From NCBI GenBank assembly GCA_963662465.1, contig OY759599.1, positions 6,880,001 through 6,944,000 on the forward strand: a DNA stretch of 64,000 nt. Direction: 5' to 3'. Source of the stretch: Desulfatiglandales bacterium (GTDB lineage Bacteria; Desulfobacterota; DSM-4660; Desulfatiglandales; Desulfatiglandaceae). Positions 10,944 to 20,749 of the stretch are shown here, piece by piece (position 1 is the stretch's first letter; every line of letters begins with the position of its first letter). The position numbers and the translations under genes were made by a program. The notes under the pieces were generated by a model. The model saw only the letters and a list, made by a program, of their open reading frames with translations, made no database searches and was not told the origin of the DNA.

Positions 10944-11180
10944 CTAAAATATGCGAAGCAGCAACGGCTCGGAGCTGGCGGAAATCTGGTAAGATTTAAG
11001 CACGGGCTCACCAATAATCATTTCCTTGAATCTTGCCAATTTGATTTCATATTCACCGGTTTTTTCATAGGCGGCAACATCCTCTTTCGTATCCCAGGCA
11101 GTAACTGCAATCCCCTCTCCCTCAGCATCCATGGATTCCAAGAGATGGACAAAGCGAAGGCCTTTTCGATCTTTATGTGC
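10944..11180 (-). pseudogene. ABM-domain protein, C-terminal part, split by IS
   Basis: AHKDRKGLRFVHLLE...TAWDTKED joins in frame to the fragment at 13789-13878. Confidence 0.85.
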
Positions 11181-11357
11181 CAGAGTTCCTGGTAAATGAC
11201 CTTTACGCAACTTAACTGTTTGAAATCGTTATACTGGAGCTTCTCATAATTTCGTGTGCATTTCAGATTTTAGTGCAGCGTAACTAGCTGAAAATATTAG
11301 GTGGGGCAAAATATTTTTTTTATTGACAAATGAAAACTGAAAAATTATCTTCAGACC

Positions 11358-13625
11358 ATGATTGTCAAAACAGAAAAAATTAGCGACCTATCCATATGGA
11401 CCGAGCGGGATTGGAAGGAAAAAATCACTGTTACGGTTTATCATGAGTATCGTCCTGTCGTCAGTTTCGATCCTGGGAAGATAAATGATAGGAGACTCGC
11501 TGCCGTACAACTTGTCGAGCTTGGTTATTGTAAAAACCGGGTTGCCGGTAAAATCTGTGGGTTTCACCGCAATACGGTTGGCAAACTGCTTCGCACCAAA
11601 AGACTTTTAGGTGTTGAGGCCATATTTGAGGACAACCGTGGTCCCAAGGCTCCCTGGAAATATATTGGCAGCATTCGCAAAACCATCAAAAAACTTATCC
11701 GCGAGAATCCTGACTGGACTGACCAGCAGATTGCAAATGCCGCGGAAAAGCAAACTGAAACGACTATTTCGAGAAGTGCTGTAGCTCGTATCAGAACCGC
11801 GGACCAAGATGCAGAAACTGAAAAGCCTACAAAGCATGACTTGGAGCAACTGGCTAAAATTGCGGATAGTATTGATTTGAAGCAACACGACGAGCGACAG
11901 CTTTCTTTCAACTTTGAGGCTGATTCTGAGTTCAAAAAGAAGGTAGATGAATTTGCTGATGAGGATACACCCAAGCCACAAACCGATACAGATAAAGTAT
12001 TCCTGGATTATCTTCAACAGGGACAACGCAATGTCTTTGCCGGCATGCTTCTTCACCATCTGTTTTTAGATCATATCAACTTCCCAAATGCCTTTGATTT
12101 GCCTTCTTATTCCAATAATATGTATGATAATTATGAAGTGATGGAAACTGTCCTTTTCGGGTTGAACATCGGGTTGCCATCTATCGAATCCCATAAGCTG
12201 GTCAACAGTAGGGACATGGGGCTTTTGCTGGGACGAACCAGTTCCCCCGATGAGACCACTATTCGGTTGCGTTTAAAACAGATGGCCGAGTTCAAGCCCT
12301 CAGAGAGCCTGATAGATTATTTCGCAAACCTGTTTCTATCGTTGGGGTTCATCAACCCAGAGGTGTTTTTTATCGATGGGCACTTCCTTCCCTATTATGG
12401 ACTGAAAGTTCTATCCAAAGGCTACCATACCGTGAGACGAATTGTCATGAAAGGAAACGAGATTTATGTTGTCAGCGACCTTGACGGGAAGCCTTTCTTT
12501 TCAATTACCGAAGGGTGTGATATCGATTTCAGGCCGATCATCATAAGAGCGGCCGACAAGATAATCAGCCTGGGTGTCGACCGCCCCATTGTGGTTTTTG
12601 ATCGCGGTGGTTATGGTGTTCACTTTTTCAGTCAATTATCGAAAAGGGCTGACTTTATTACGTGGGCCAGGTATGTGAAAAAAGATGAATTGAAAGACTT
12701 GGAATATACGAGCTGCTTGATGTTTAATGGGAAAAGATATCTCATTGCCGAGAAAACAAAACTGATTCGTGAATCGATTTCTACAGCTGCCAAAGAAGGC
12801 CGAACAGAGGCAACTTCGACAGAAGTACGTATGGTTGTTTTCAAGGAATTGGACAAGGATAGACCTGTGGCAATATATACCAGCAATCATCAAAAGCCTG
12901 CTCCTGATATTGCCGCATATATGCTTTCACGATGGGGAGAGTCTGAAAACTTTTTCAAAGAGATGATGTCCCTGTACAACTTCAATTATCATCCCGGTTA
13001 TGATCTTAAAGAACTTGAAGAACAGCCTCTTGTAGATAATCCTGAGGTAAAAACAATCAAAAAAACGATCAAGGGAATTAAACAAAAGATGGGGCAATTG
13101 GCGCTTGCAAAACAACAAACAGAGTCCAAAATAGAAGCACGAAAAGATCTTCGTCTTAAAAAAAAGCTAAACACGCTCCAGGAAGAGATAGAGAAATACG
13201 ACAAAGAGCTTGACGGTTTTCAGGCAGCCTTAAAAGAAATGCCTGACAAAGTATCGATAATTGAAGTGCTGAAAGGCAGACCAATGAACAAGGCAGATCT
13301 GGAGAAAAAGAAGCTCTACGACCTGATACAAATGATTGCCTTTCACTCACGCGAGCATCTGGTTGGCCTGTTCCGTTCATGTTATGATGATCCGCGGGAT
13401 GTGAAACAGATCCTGACAAAGGTCACAAAACTCCCTGGTTATGTGAAATTAGTCGGGAAAACACTTGTTGTGCTTTTAGATTGGATAGAGGACAAAAAGC
13501 ATCGGAAGGCAGCAACAAGATTTTGCCATCTGATAAACACTATGTCGCCCAAATTGAGAGGTCGCATGGAGTTCGACCTTTATTTTCGCATCTCCTCAAT
13601 CCCTCAAGTGGGTTATTGCTGTTAA
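11358..13625 (+). CDS. DDE transposase with N-terminal HTH and coiled-coil insertion (755 aa)
   Basis: FFIDGH, VVFDRGGY, RWGESENFFKE; lies within TIRs and TSD. Confidence 0.9.
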   Translation: MIVKTEKISDLSIWTERDWKEKITVTVYHEYRPVVSFDPGKINDRRLAAVQLVELGYCKNRVAGKICGFHRNTVGKLLRTKRLLGVEAIFEDNRGPKAPWKYIGSIRKTIKKLIRENPDWTDQQIANAAEKQTETTISRSAVARIRTADQDAETEKPTKHDLEQLAKIADSIDLKQHDERQLSFNFEADSEFKKKVDEFADEDTPKPQTDTDKVFLDYLQQGQRNVFAGMLLHHLFLDHINFPNAFDLPSYSNNMYDNYEVMETVLFGLNIGLPSIESHKLVNSRDMGLLLGRTSSPDETTIRLRLKQMAEFKPSESLIDYFANLFLSLGFINPEVFFIDGHFLPYYGLKVLSKGYHTVRRIVMKGNEIYVVSDLDGKPFFSITEGCDIDFRPIIIRAADKIISLGVDRPIVVFDRGGYGVHFFSQLSKRADFITWARYVKKDELKDLEYTSCLMFNGKRYLIAEKTKLIRESISTAAKEGRTEATSTEVRMVVFKELDKDRPVAIYTSNHQKPAPDIAAYMLSRWGESENFFKEMMSLYNFNYHPGYDLKELEEQPLVDNPEVKTIKKTIKGIKQKMGQLALAKQQTESKIEARKDLRLKKKLNTLQEEIEKYDKELDGFQAALKEMPDKVSIIEVLKGRPMNKADLEKKKLYDLIQMIAFHSREHLVGLFRSCYDDPRDVKQILTKVTKLPGYVKLVGKTLVVLLDWIEDKKHRKAATRFCHLINTMSPKLRGRMEFDLYFRISSIPQVGYCC

Positions 13626-13679
13626 AGCCTTGCTCATCGTTTCAGCCATCCTACGCAGGGTATCGTGTTTCGACCACAT

Positions 13680-13705
13680 GTAGGGGCGAAAAATCTTTCG
13701 CCCTA
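13680..13705. repeat. GTAG-type REP-like palindrome inside the IS
   Basis: GTAGGGGCGAAAAATCTTTCGCCCTA, same family as the palindromes at 54510, 55668 and 55917. Confidence 0.7.
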
Positions 13706-13788
13706 ATGGCCGAAACAATGATCAAGGCCGCTGTTGAACTAAATGCACAATTTGAATTGAGAAAAAACGTCATTTACTATGATGTCTG

Positions 13789-13878
13789 ATGTGCAGGGAT
13801 AATTTCATCGTTATAGAGCTTTCGTGCGGCCTCTTTTTTCCCCGGCTTAAGATTGACAAATGTCATACGTATATACAT
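13789..13878 (-). pseudogene. ABM-domain protein, N-terminal 30 codons, split by IS
   Basis: RBS GAGGTG, MYIRMTFVNLKPGKKEAARKLYNDEIIPAH ends at the TSD. Confidence 0.85.
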
Positions 13879-14015
13879 GGGTCACCTCACATTTTTTCAG
13901 TGTTCATCCGAAGATATCATACCATTACCCGTGGATAGCGCCTGACCATGTTAAGTGACTGGTGGCGCCTAAACCATTTTGACAGTCCTTTAAAATGACG
14001 GCGAATCCTGTGGAG

Positions 14016-14540
14016 TCAATGTCCCCTGTCGGATTTATATTGTGTCCTGATTACATCCCTGAACTCAATCCAGAATTCCCTGTTTTCTTCCTTCCATTCA
14101 GGCCCGAATCTCAGGTCGAAATATCCGGCAAGCTCGTCAAAAAGTATTTTCCACGGCTCCTTTCCTTGTTCATGGGCTTCCAGCAGATTCCCCAGAATGC
14201 GTTTCATACGGGCCATGTGCTCTTTGGGCAAGAACCCGATGGCGCCTTTCCGGACGGAATGCATAAACGAGTCCACATTCATGGCAAAAGCCGTAAACAT
14301 CACCGTTGGGATGCCTTTCTTGACCGTTTTTTCCAAGAGCTCGAGTCCGTTGACACCCATGATATCCAAAACCGCCATGTCATAGGTATTTTCAGCGATC
14401 TTTTGCTCCGCCGTTTCGAAACTGATGGCGCCATCCACAAGCGCTTCATCCAGCAACTCTTTGACGGCTTCAAGAACATCCGCTTCATCATCGACCAGGA
14501 GAATTCGTTTTTCCTTGAGAATGGATTTGGGTTGTGACAC
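14016..14540 (-). CDS. Stand-alone response regulator receiver protein
   Basis: ILLVDDE, AVLDIM (phospho-Asp), FTA, FLPK. Confidence 0.9.
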   Translation of the reverse strand: MSQPKSILKEKRILLVDDEADVLEAVKELLDEALVDGAISFETAEQKIAENTYDMAVLDIMGVNGLELLEKTVKKGIPTVMFTAFAMNVDSFMHSVRKGAIGFLPKEHMARMKRILGNLLEAHEQGKEPWKILFDELAGYFDLRFGPEWKEENREFWIEFRDVIRTQYKSDRGH

Positions 14541-14646
14541 GGCTTGATCTCCTTCTAGAATTTGAAATTTGATTATTTAGTTGTTTTTTCGCTGAATTAT
14601 TCGGAGGATTGGAATTGATCCGTGCGCCGGATTATCCGCTGTGGCG

Positions 14647-16008
14647 TTATGCTTGTTGATCTATTTCAATTAGTTTCGCCTTCTTCGATGGATCTTTCTC
14701 CAGGCTGTTGGGCGGTACGAGCTGAATCTTCGTTCGAACGCGCAATCGGGTCGATATTTCATCCTCCATCTCTTTTTTCAACCGACCCATTTCGCTTTCC
14801 GCAAGACCCTGAGCATATTCCACCTTCATTTGCAGAGGAGGCGTCACTTTGGGCGGCGGTCCGTCCAAAACAATGCGCATTTCCCCCGTTACCTTGGGCA
14901 AGAATCCGTCCACCACCCCTTTTATCCCTGCCGGAAATACGTTTACCCCCTTGACGATGAGCAGGTCATCCACCCGGCCCTTATATTTCATTCGCATGCC
15001 GGGCATACCGCAACTGCAGGGTTCGGTGATCAGTTCGATGATGTCCCCCAATCCGTATCGGAAAGACGGACCCGCCTGCCATTCCAATGCGGTGTGCACC
15101 ATTTCACCGATACCGCCGCCGTTGGACAAATCGATGGGTTCTTTTGTATCCGGGTCCACAATGTCCAGAAAGTGGTAATCTTCACAAACCAGATGCATGC
15201 CCTGGTATGTTTCGCTGTCGCAGGAAACGGCGCCGAATCCCCAGATACCGCCGGTACTATCGAAAATTTTCGCGTTGAACCCTTCCGTGAGTTGTTTGCG
15301 GGTTTCCGGAATTCCGGCTCCCGGTTCGCCTACTGCCATAATGATGTCAATACCGAGGTCACTGGCGGAAATCCCCGCGACTTCAGGGGCCTTGCGAATG
15401 ATGTATTCGGCAAAGGAAGGGATGCAAAACATGCCCCTGGCCTGGATGAGCTTGGCAAAATCCAGCACCCGCGCGACACCGGATTCCGCACCCACTGGTA
15501 TGCCAGCTATTCCCATGTATTCGTAGGCCCGCATGGGGACTATCCCCGCGAGCCACATGCTCAGCCCGGTTATGTGAAGCATGTAGTCCCCGGGCCGAAG
15601 CCCCGCTCGCCAGTAAGTGCGGGAGAGCACTTCACTCTGAATCTGTATGTCCCGGGCGGTAAAGGCTTCAAAAACAGGTACTCCCGTGGTGCCCGAGGTG
15701 GAATGAATGGCCCGGACATCTTTGGGGGAAGCGCACAGATATTCGCCAAACGTGTGCCCGTGTTTTTTACGCGAGATTTCCTGGCTTTCCCGATCACTTT
15801 TTTTGTCCATGAAGAGCGGCAGTTTCCTGAAATCCTCAATGGATTTGATGTCGCCGGGATGGGCGCCGCAACGGTCGAATCGTTCCTTGAAATAGCTGGA
15901 ATTGTCGTAAATATAATGCATCTGCTTTGTTAGTTTTTTCCATTGAAGGTCCCGCAGCTGTTCGCGGGGCATATGTTCCGCTGCCATATTCCAACAATCT
16001 CTTTCCAT
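14647..16008 (-). CDS. Phenylacetate-CoA ligase family (PaaK-like) CoA ligase
   Basis: HSTSGTTGVP, RYGLGD, GRVDDLLIVKGVNVFP. Confidence 0.9.
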   Translation of the reverse strand: MERDCWNMAAEHMPREQLRDLQWKKLTKQMHYIYDNSSYFKERFDRCGAHPGDIKSIEDFRKLPLFMDKKSDRESQEISRKKHGHTFGEYLCASPKDVRAIHSTSGTTGVPVFEAFTARDIQIQSEVLSRTYWRAGLRPGDYMLHITGLSMWLAGIVPMRAYEYMGIAGIPVGAESGVARVLDFAKLIQARGMFCIPSFAEYIIRKAPEVAGISASDLGIDIIMAVGEPGAGIPETRKQLTEGFNAKIFDSTGGIWGFGAVSCDSETYQGMHLVCEDYHFLDIVDPDTKEPIDLSNGGGIGEMVHTALEWQAGPSFRYGLGDIIELITEPCSCGMPGMRMKYKGRVDDLLIVKGVNVFPAGIKGVVDGFLPKVTGEMRIVLDGPPPKVTPPLQMKVEYAQGLAESEMGRLKKEMEDEISTRLRVRTKIQLVPPNSLEKDPSKKAKLIEIDQQA

Positions 16009-16047
16009 TACTCTCGACTCCTTATTTTTGCTTATTTGAAACGCACT

Positions 16048-17277
16048 TCATTCGGTCTTTTCGAAAATGTGGACGGCCATGGAGGCCTCTTCAACCCCGA
16101 CAAACCCACCGCCGTTTTCAGTCATTCCCATCCTGGCGCCCTCGACCTGCTTTTTCCCGGCTTCCCCCCGCAACTGCATCACGATCTCCGCAATTTGCCC
16201 AATGCCGGTGGCCCCGAGGGGGTGGCCCTTAGAGACCAGCCCGCCGCTCGGGTTTACCGGCATGGCGCCGCCGAGTGTGGTAACACCGGACCTGGCCGCT
16301 GCCACGGCATCGCCCCAGGGGCAAAATCCAAGACCTTCATACAAGATGATTTCTCCCATGGAGGTCGCATCATGAAGTTCCAGCACATCAATATCTTTGG
16401 GCCCCACACCCGCCATGGCGTAGGCCTTTTTACCCAAACGGGCTGATATGTGGTCCGGCCCGAATCCTTCAGGGCGATCCGTTCCAGAGCCTAGAATCGA
16501 TGCGAGAATTTTGACCTTCCGGGAATTTGGATGTTTTTTGAGAAAGGCCGAAGAGCAAAGAATCGCGGCGGCGCCGCCGTCGCCGATGGGTGAGCACATG
16601 GGCGCGGTCAGAGGAAAGACAACCGGGCGGGCTGCAATAATTTCTTCGACGGTCATGGGTTTACGGTACTGCGCCAGGGGGTTATGCACGCTGTGATTAT
16701 GATTTTTCGAGGCAACAACAGCCAGATCTTCCTGGGTCGTTCCGAAGGACTCCATGTGCAATCGGCAATGACTGGCGTACATGTCCATGGCGAAACTACG
16801 CTGATTGTCCAGGTCGGTGCCTCCCTTCCGCAGTGCTTCTTCCGCCCAGCGGGTTCGAAGTTCTTCCAGGATTTCCATGTCCATGCCCGCATCGTAGTTC
16901 CTGAACATCTTTTCCGTGTCTTCCAGGAACAGCTTTTCCGCACCCACCGCCATGGATACATCGGCGTGACCGCCTGCAATGGATTGCCAAGCCAGATGAA
17001 AGGCGGTTGAACCGGTGGCACAGGCATTTTCACAGTTGACAATGGGAATCCCATCGATTCCGGCGGCCCGGAGAGCGATCTGCCCCCGCACCATTTCCTG
17101 CCCGGTAACCAGACCTTGCATGGAATTGCCGAAAAATGCATTTTCCAGATCGCTTTTGAGGACGCCGGCATCTGAAATTGCGGCGGATATGGCTTCACCG
17201 GCCAGGGATTTGACATTCCGTTCCACAAATTTGCCGAACGGGGTATGACCAATACCGATTATGTATACATCTTGCAT
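16048..17277 (-). CDS. Thiolase family protein (SCP-x type)
   Basis: ENACATG, ELHDA, NPSGGLVSKGHPLGATG. Confidence 0.92.
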   Translation of the reverse strand: MQDVYIIGIGHTPFGKFVERNVKSLAGEAISAAISDAGVLKSDLENAFFGNSMQGLVTGQEMVRGQIALRAAGIDGIPIVNCENACATGSTAFHLAWQSIAGGHADVSMAVGAEKLFLEDTEKMFRNYDAGMDMEILEELRTRWAEEALRKGGTDLDNQRSFAMDMYASHCRLHMESFGTTQEDLAVVASKNHNHSVHNPLAQYRKPMTVEEIIAARPVVFPLTAPMCSPIGDGGAAAILCSSAFLKKHPNSRKVKILASILGSGTDRPEGFGPDHISARLGKKAYAMAGVGPKDIDVLELHDATSMGEIILYEGLGFCPWGDAVAAARSGVTTLGGAMPVNPSGGLVSKGHPLGATGIGQIAEIVMQLRGEAGKKQVEGARMGMTENGGGFVGVEEASMAVHIFEKTE

Positions 17278-17323
17278 TAGTGTCTCCAATTCTTCACGGA
17301 ATAAGGGTCGACCGGCTCGGTTA

Positions 17324-17570
17324 TCATTTCGCCAAGACAGGCGGTCGGCCCAAACGGGTTAAAATTTCCGGCATGGCAGCCGCCAGACGCTCTTTGATCT
17401 GATCCATCACCTGATCAGTGACCGACCAGTGATCGCATTCCAGCATGCAGAATTTCGCAGGCGGCATCAGTCCCGGCGGTTCATCGGCCACGATATCCTC
17501 GAATTGAAAAGGAAATGAGAGCTCCGCGTTATCTCCGTACCGCTTTATGTGCGCATCAGCGTTGCGTATG
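17324..17570 (-). pseudogene. Start-less ORF resembling an LMW-PTP-like C-terminus
   Basis: ...ELSFPFQFEDIVADEPPGLMPPAKFCMLECDHWSVTDQVMDQIKERLAAAMPEILTRL* has a similar pattern to the C-terminus of 732-1316. Confidence 0.4.
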
Positions 17571-17571
17571 C

Positions 17572-18549
17572 CTAATCCTTTTCCAACGCAGGAAAGACGG
17601 TCTGCCAGATGTCCATATCGGCAAGGATTTTATCGCATGCCAGATAGGGGTCCATCCGGTTTTCTTCAACCTGACTTGCATAGGTTTGAAATGTGGCATC
17701 ATTTTCAAGGGCCTGTTTTACCTTCCGAAGCAGCAACTCTTTCATAATCTGGGCGAAAATTCGTTTGCGATTCTCCCGGTTAAGCCGCTCTCCCGTGCCT
17801 GTCCGGGATAGAAATTGACGATGCGCTTCCACGGCCTCCATGCATTCCGCCGTGCCGACCCCTTCAATGGCCTGGGTTTGCACAATAGGCGGACGCCACT
17901 GGCCGGGTTTGATTCGAATATCCAGGATGGCGGCCAGATCTTCCTCGGTGACGTTGGGCTCACCCTTGTCGATCTTATTGATCACGAAAATATCGGCAAT
18001 CTCCATGATTCCTGATTTCATGGCCTGGATATGGTCCCCGGCCGTGGGGGTCAGCACCAGGATGTTGGTTTCGGCGATACAACGGACATCCAATTCCGCC
18101 TGTCCCACCCCGACGGTTTCGAGTAAGATAAAGTCTTTGCCGAAAGCGTCCATGAGGCTGACCACCGCATGAACCTTCTGGGGCAAACCGCCCAAATTGC
18201 CCCGGGTCGCCATACTCCGGATAAATACGCCTGGATCAAGAAAGGCAGACCCCATTCTTATGCGATCTCCCAGTATGGCGCCGCCGCTGTAGGGGCTGCT
18301 GGGATCACAGGCAACCACACCCACCGTGGTTGATGCTTTTCGCATGTTCATGGTCAACTGTGAGGTGAGTGTGCTTTTGCCCGCTCCGGGGGAACCTGTA
18401 ATGCCGATGCAATAGGCGTGTCCCAGATGATCCTTGATTTCTTTCATCAGGTCCGAGATGATCAACCGTTCGTTTTCAATCATACTGATCAGTCGGCTCA
18501 TGGCATAGCTATCGCCCTGCAGCATCTTTTCTGTCAAATCCAGTATCAT
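17572..18549 (-). CDS. meaB: MeaB/ArgK GTPase chaperone for B12 mutase
   Basis: GITGSPGAGKST, DPSSPYSGGAILGDRIRM, ETVGVGQ, NKID. Confidence 0.95.
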   Translation of the reverse strand: MILDLTEKMLQGDSYAMSRLISMIENERLIISDLMKEIKDHLGHAYCIGITGSPGAGKSTLTSQLTMNMRKASTTVGVVACDPSSPYSGGAILGDRIRMGSAFLDPGVFIRSMATRGNLGGLPQKVHAVVSLMDAFGKDFILLETVGVGQAELDVRCIAETNILVLTPTAGDHIQAMKSGIMEIADIFVINKIDKGEPNVTEEDLAAILDIRIKPGQWRPPIVQTQAIEGVGTAECMEAVEAHRQFLSRTGTGERLNRENRKRIFAQIMKELLLRKVKQALENDATFQTYASQVEENRMDPYLACDKILADMDIWQTVFPALEKD

Positions 18550-18591
18550 TTTAATTCCCCCTTTGCGGTCTGCGATCAAGCGATTTCCGGT

Positions 18592-18987
18592 TTAGGCATT
18601 GAGGTATTTAATAACATCTTCAGTGGGCGTATCCGGTCCGAAGATGGCATCAACACCCATCTTTTTGAGCGCCTCGATCTCATCACTGGGGATAATCCCT
18701 CCAACCAGAAATTTGACTTTTTTTCCTTTTTCTTTCAAGCCGTTGAGCACGGCAGGAATATCATGGGCATATCCGGAACTATAAAAACCCATGCCGATCA
18801 CGTCCACGTCCTCCTGCAAAGCGATTTCCACGACTTCCTCACAAACGCGGTATCGGATGAAAACGACTTCCTTGCCCAGGTCCCGAAACACTTCCGCAAT
18901 ATACCGGATACCGCGATCATGGGCATCCTGGTCGCACTTGGCCAGAAGCACCCGAACTTTATCATCAACCTTTACCGTAGTATCCAT
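18592..18987 (-). CDS. Cobalamin-binding small subunit of an acyl-CoA mutase
   Basis: DAHDRG (DxHxxG), GGIIP, IFGPDT. Confidence 0.92.
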   Translation of the reverse strand: MDTTVKVDDKVRVLLAKCDQDAHDRGIRYIAEVFRDLGKEVVFIRYRVCEEVVEIALQEDVDVIGMGFYSSGYAHDIPAVLNGLKEKGKKVKFLVGGIIPSDEIEALKKMGVDAIFGPDTPTEDVIKYLNA

Positions 18988-20683
18988 ACCCTAAAACCTC
19001 CTTTAACAACCCTTGAGTTTCACCCAATGTACAGTCTGCCCGAAAGGCGTCGATCATGGCCGGCATGACCCGGCCGCAGGATTGCGGCCATTCGTTTTTC
19101 ATCGCCAGAATGGCCGCACGCAAATGTTCCAATGCGGCCTGGGCCTTTTTTTCGTCCCGCTGTTCGCGGAAGGCCTTGACCCGTTCGATGGCGAATTTTT
19201 CCGTATCCGGCTTGATTTTGAACAGGGGTGGATGCACTTCGTCATCCACTGCGTATTTGTTCACACCGACAATGGGTCTCTTTCCGTCATCGATGGACTC
19301 CTGCCATTTGCGCGCTTCCCTGGCGAGTTGGCTCCGGAACCAGCCGGACTCCCAGCATTTCAGATAGCCGCCTTTTTCTTCAATTTTGTCCAATAACCGG
19401 AGCGCTTCTTCCTCGATTTTCCGGGTCAGGGATTCCACATAGTATGATCCGCCCAGAGGATCCATAACATTGGCGATATTGGTCTCGTAGAACAGGATCT
19501 GTCCGGTTCTCAGGGCGATTTGCGCCGCTTTCTGGGAGGGAATGTTGGAACATTCGTCATAGGAGGCGGCCCACACGCCGTCGGCGCCGGCGAGAACTTG
19601 GGCCAGGGCCATGATAGTCACCCGGATAATGTTGTTCTCCGGCTCCTTGTGGTGCAGTAGAGAACCGGCGGTTTGGGGGAAATTCCGTAAGCGCAGCGAT
19701 TCCGGGTTGGTGCAATTGAATTTATTTTTGAAGATGTTCGCCCACATTTTCCGCTTGGCCCTGAATTTGGCCACGGTTTCAAAAAGATCCAGGCTGGTGT
19801 GGTCGTGTCCGTAGTACCTGGGCACGAATTCGTCGGGATCGAGCCCTACGTTGATGCACTCCTGGGTGATGAACATGGCGGTGGCCAGGGTGAAAGCCAC
19901 TTCCTGGGCGGGGGTGGCGCCGGCTTCGCCGGGATTGTAACCGGTGACGCTGGCCACCTGGGACATGGGCACATGCTTTGTGAAGAACTTTACGCATTCG
20001 GATCCAATCTTGTACGCATGGCGGGGAGGATAGCCCGCGGCATCCCAGTACCAGGAATGGTACCACAGGTTGCTGACCTTCAGGCGCAACTTGTCCCAGG
20101 GTATCCCGTTTCTTTCCGCATAAACCAGGTACCCGGCAAGGATAGCGAGCTGCCCGTCCGGGCTGGCATAAAAAACTTCCATTTTGGTGAGGTCGCGGCC
20201 GTTGTACAGATCGTCGTAATCCCACATGGTGGAAAGGGACATGCCGTCTTTTCCAACACGGCCCCTGGCCTCGGGAGCGTCTGGATCGTATCCCTGCTGA
20301 GAGGGGATATCCAACGCAACGTTTTGAACCAGCAGTTTGTTGACGTCGTCCTGCCCGATAAAAAGACCCCACCCGATCCGTTCCAGGTACTCCATCCGTT
20401 CGCGGGTGTCCTTACTCATTCCAAGCGCTACGGGTTGGCGCATCATCCATCCATCGACCGTGTAGGGGACATTGCGAAATCCCCTGGTATAGGGATACTC
20501 CCCGGGAATGGCGACATCATCAAAGCTGATCCCTTCCATGTCGGCAGGGGTGTACATGGGTTTTATGGGAATCCCGCCGGACGTTCTGGCCGAAATCTCC
20601 TCATCATCCACCGTATCCTTGATACGTTGCCGCCCCTGTTTTTCCATGGCCGCCGCTTTTTCCTTGACTGATTTTTCAAACAT
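18965..20683 (-). CDS. Acyl-CoA mutase large subunit (MCM family), highly divergent
   Basis: PGEYPYTRG, GRVGKDG, AKFRA, DPLGGSYYVESLT; specificity motifs altered. Confidence 0.9.
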   Translation of the reverse strand: MFEKSVKEKAAAMEKQGRQRIKDTVDDEEISARTSGGIPIKPMYTPADMEGISFDDVAIPGEYPYTRGFRNVPYTVDGWMMRQPVALGMSKDTRERMEYLERIGWGLFIGQDDVNKLLVQNVALDIPSQQGYDPDAPEARGRVGKDGMSLSTMWDYDDLYNGRDLTKMEVFYASPDGQLAILAGYLVYAERNGIPWDKLRLKVSNLWYHSWYWDAAGYPPRHAYKIGSECVKFFTKHVPMSQVASVTGYNPGEAGATPAQEVAFTLATAMFITQECINVGLDPDEFVPRYYGHDHTSLDLFETVAKFRAKRKMWANIFKNKFNCTNPESLRLRNFPQTAGSLLHHKEPENNIIRVTIMALAQVLAGADGVWAASYDECSNIPSQKAAQIALRTGQILFYETNIANVMDPLGGSYYVESLTRKIEEEALRLLDKIEEKGGYLKCWESGWFRSQLAREARKWQESIDDGKRPIVGVNKYAVDDEVHPPLFKIKPDTEKFAIERVKAFREQRDEKKAQAALEHLRAAILAMKNEWPQSCGRVMPAMIDAFRADCTLGETQGLLKEVLGYGYYGKG

Positions 20684-20749
20684 ATGACCTCCTAAGGTTG
20701 ATATTTGTTTCTGGTTTTCCAGTGCTGCGCGCCACAGGCATTGGCCTTA

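Larger units (their letters stand above)
11181..13788 (+). mobile_element. Insertion sequence, 2608 bp, DDE type (IS4-superfamily-like)
   Basis: IRL CAGAGTTCCTGGTAAATGAC vs IRR (rc) CAGACATCATAGTAAATGAC (16/20). 6-bp TSD ATGTGC at 11175-11180 and 13789-13794. AT-rich. Confidence 0.92.
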
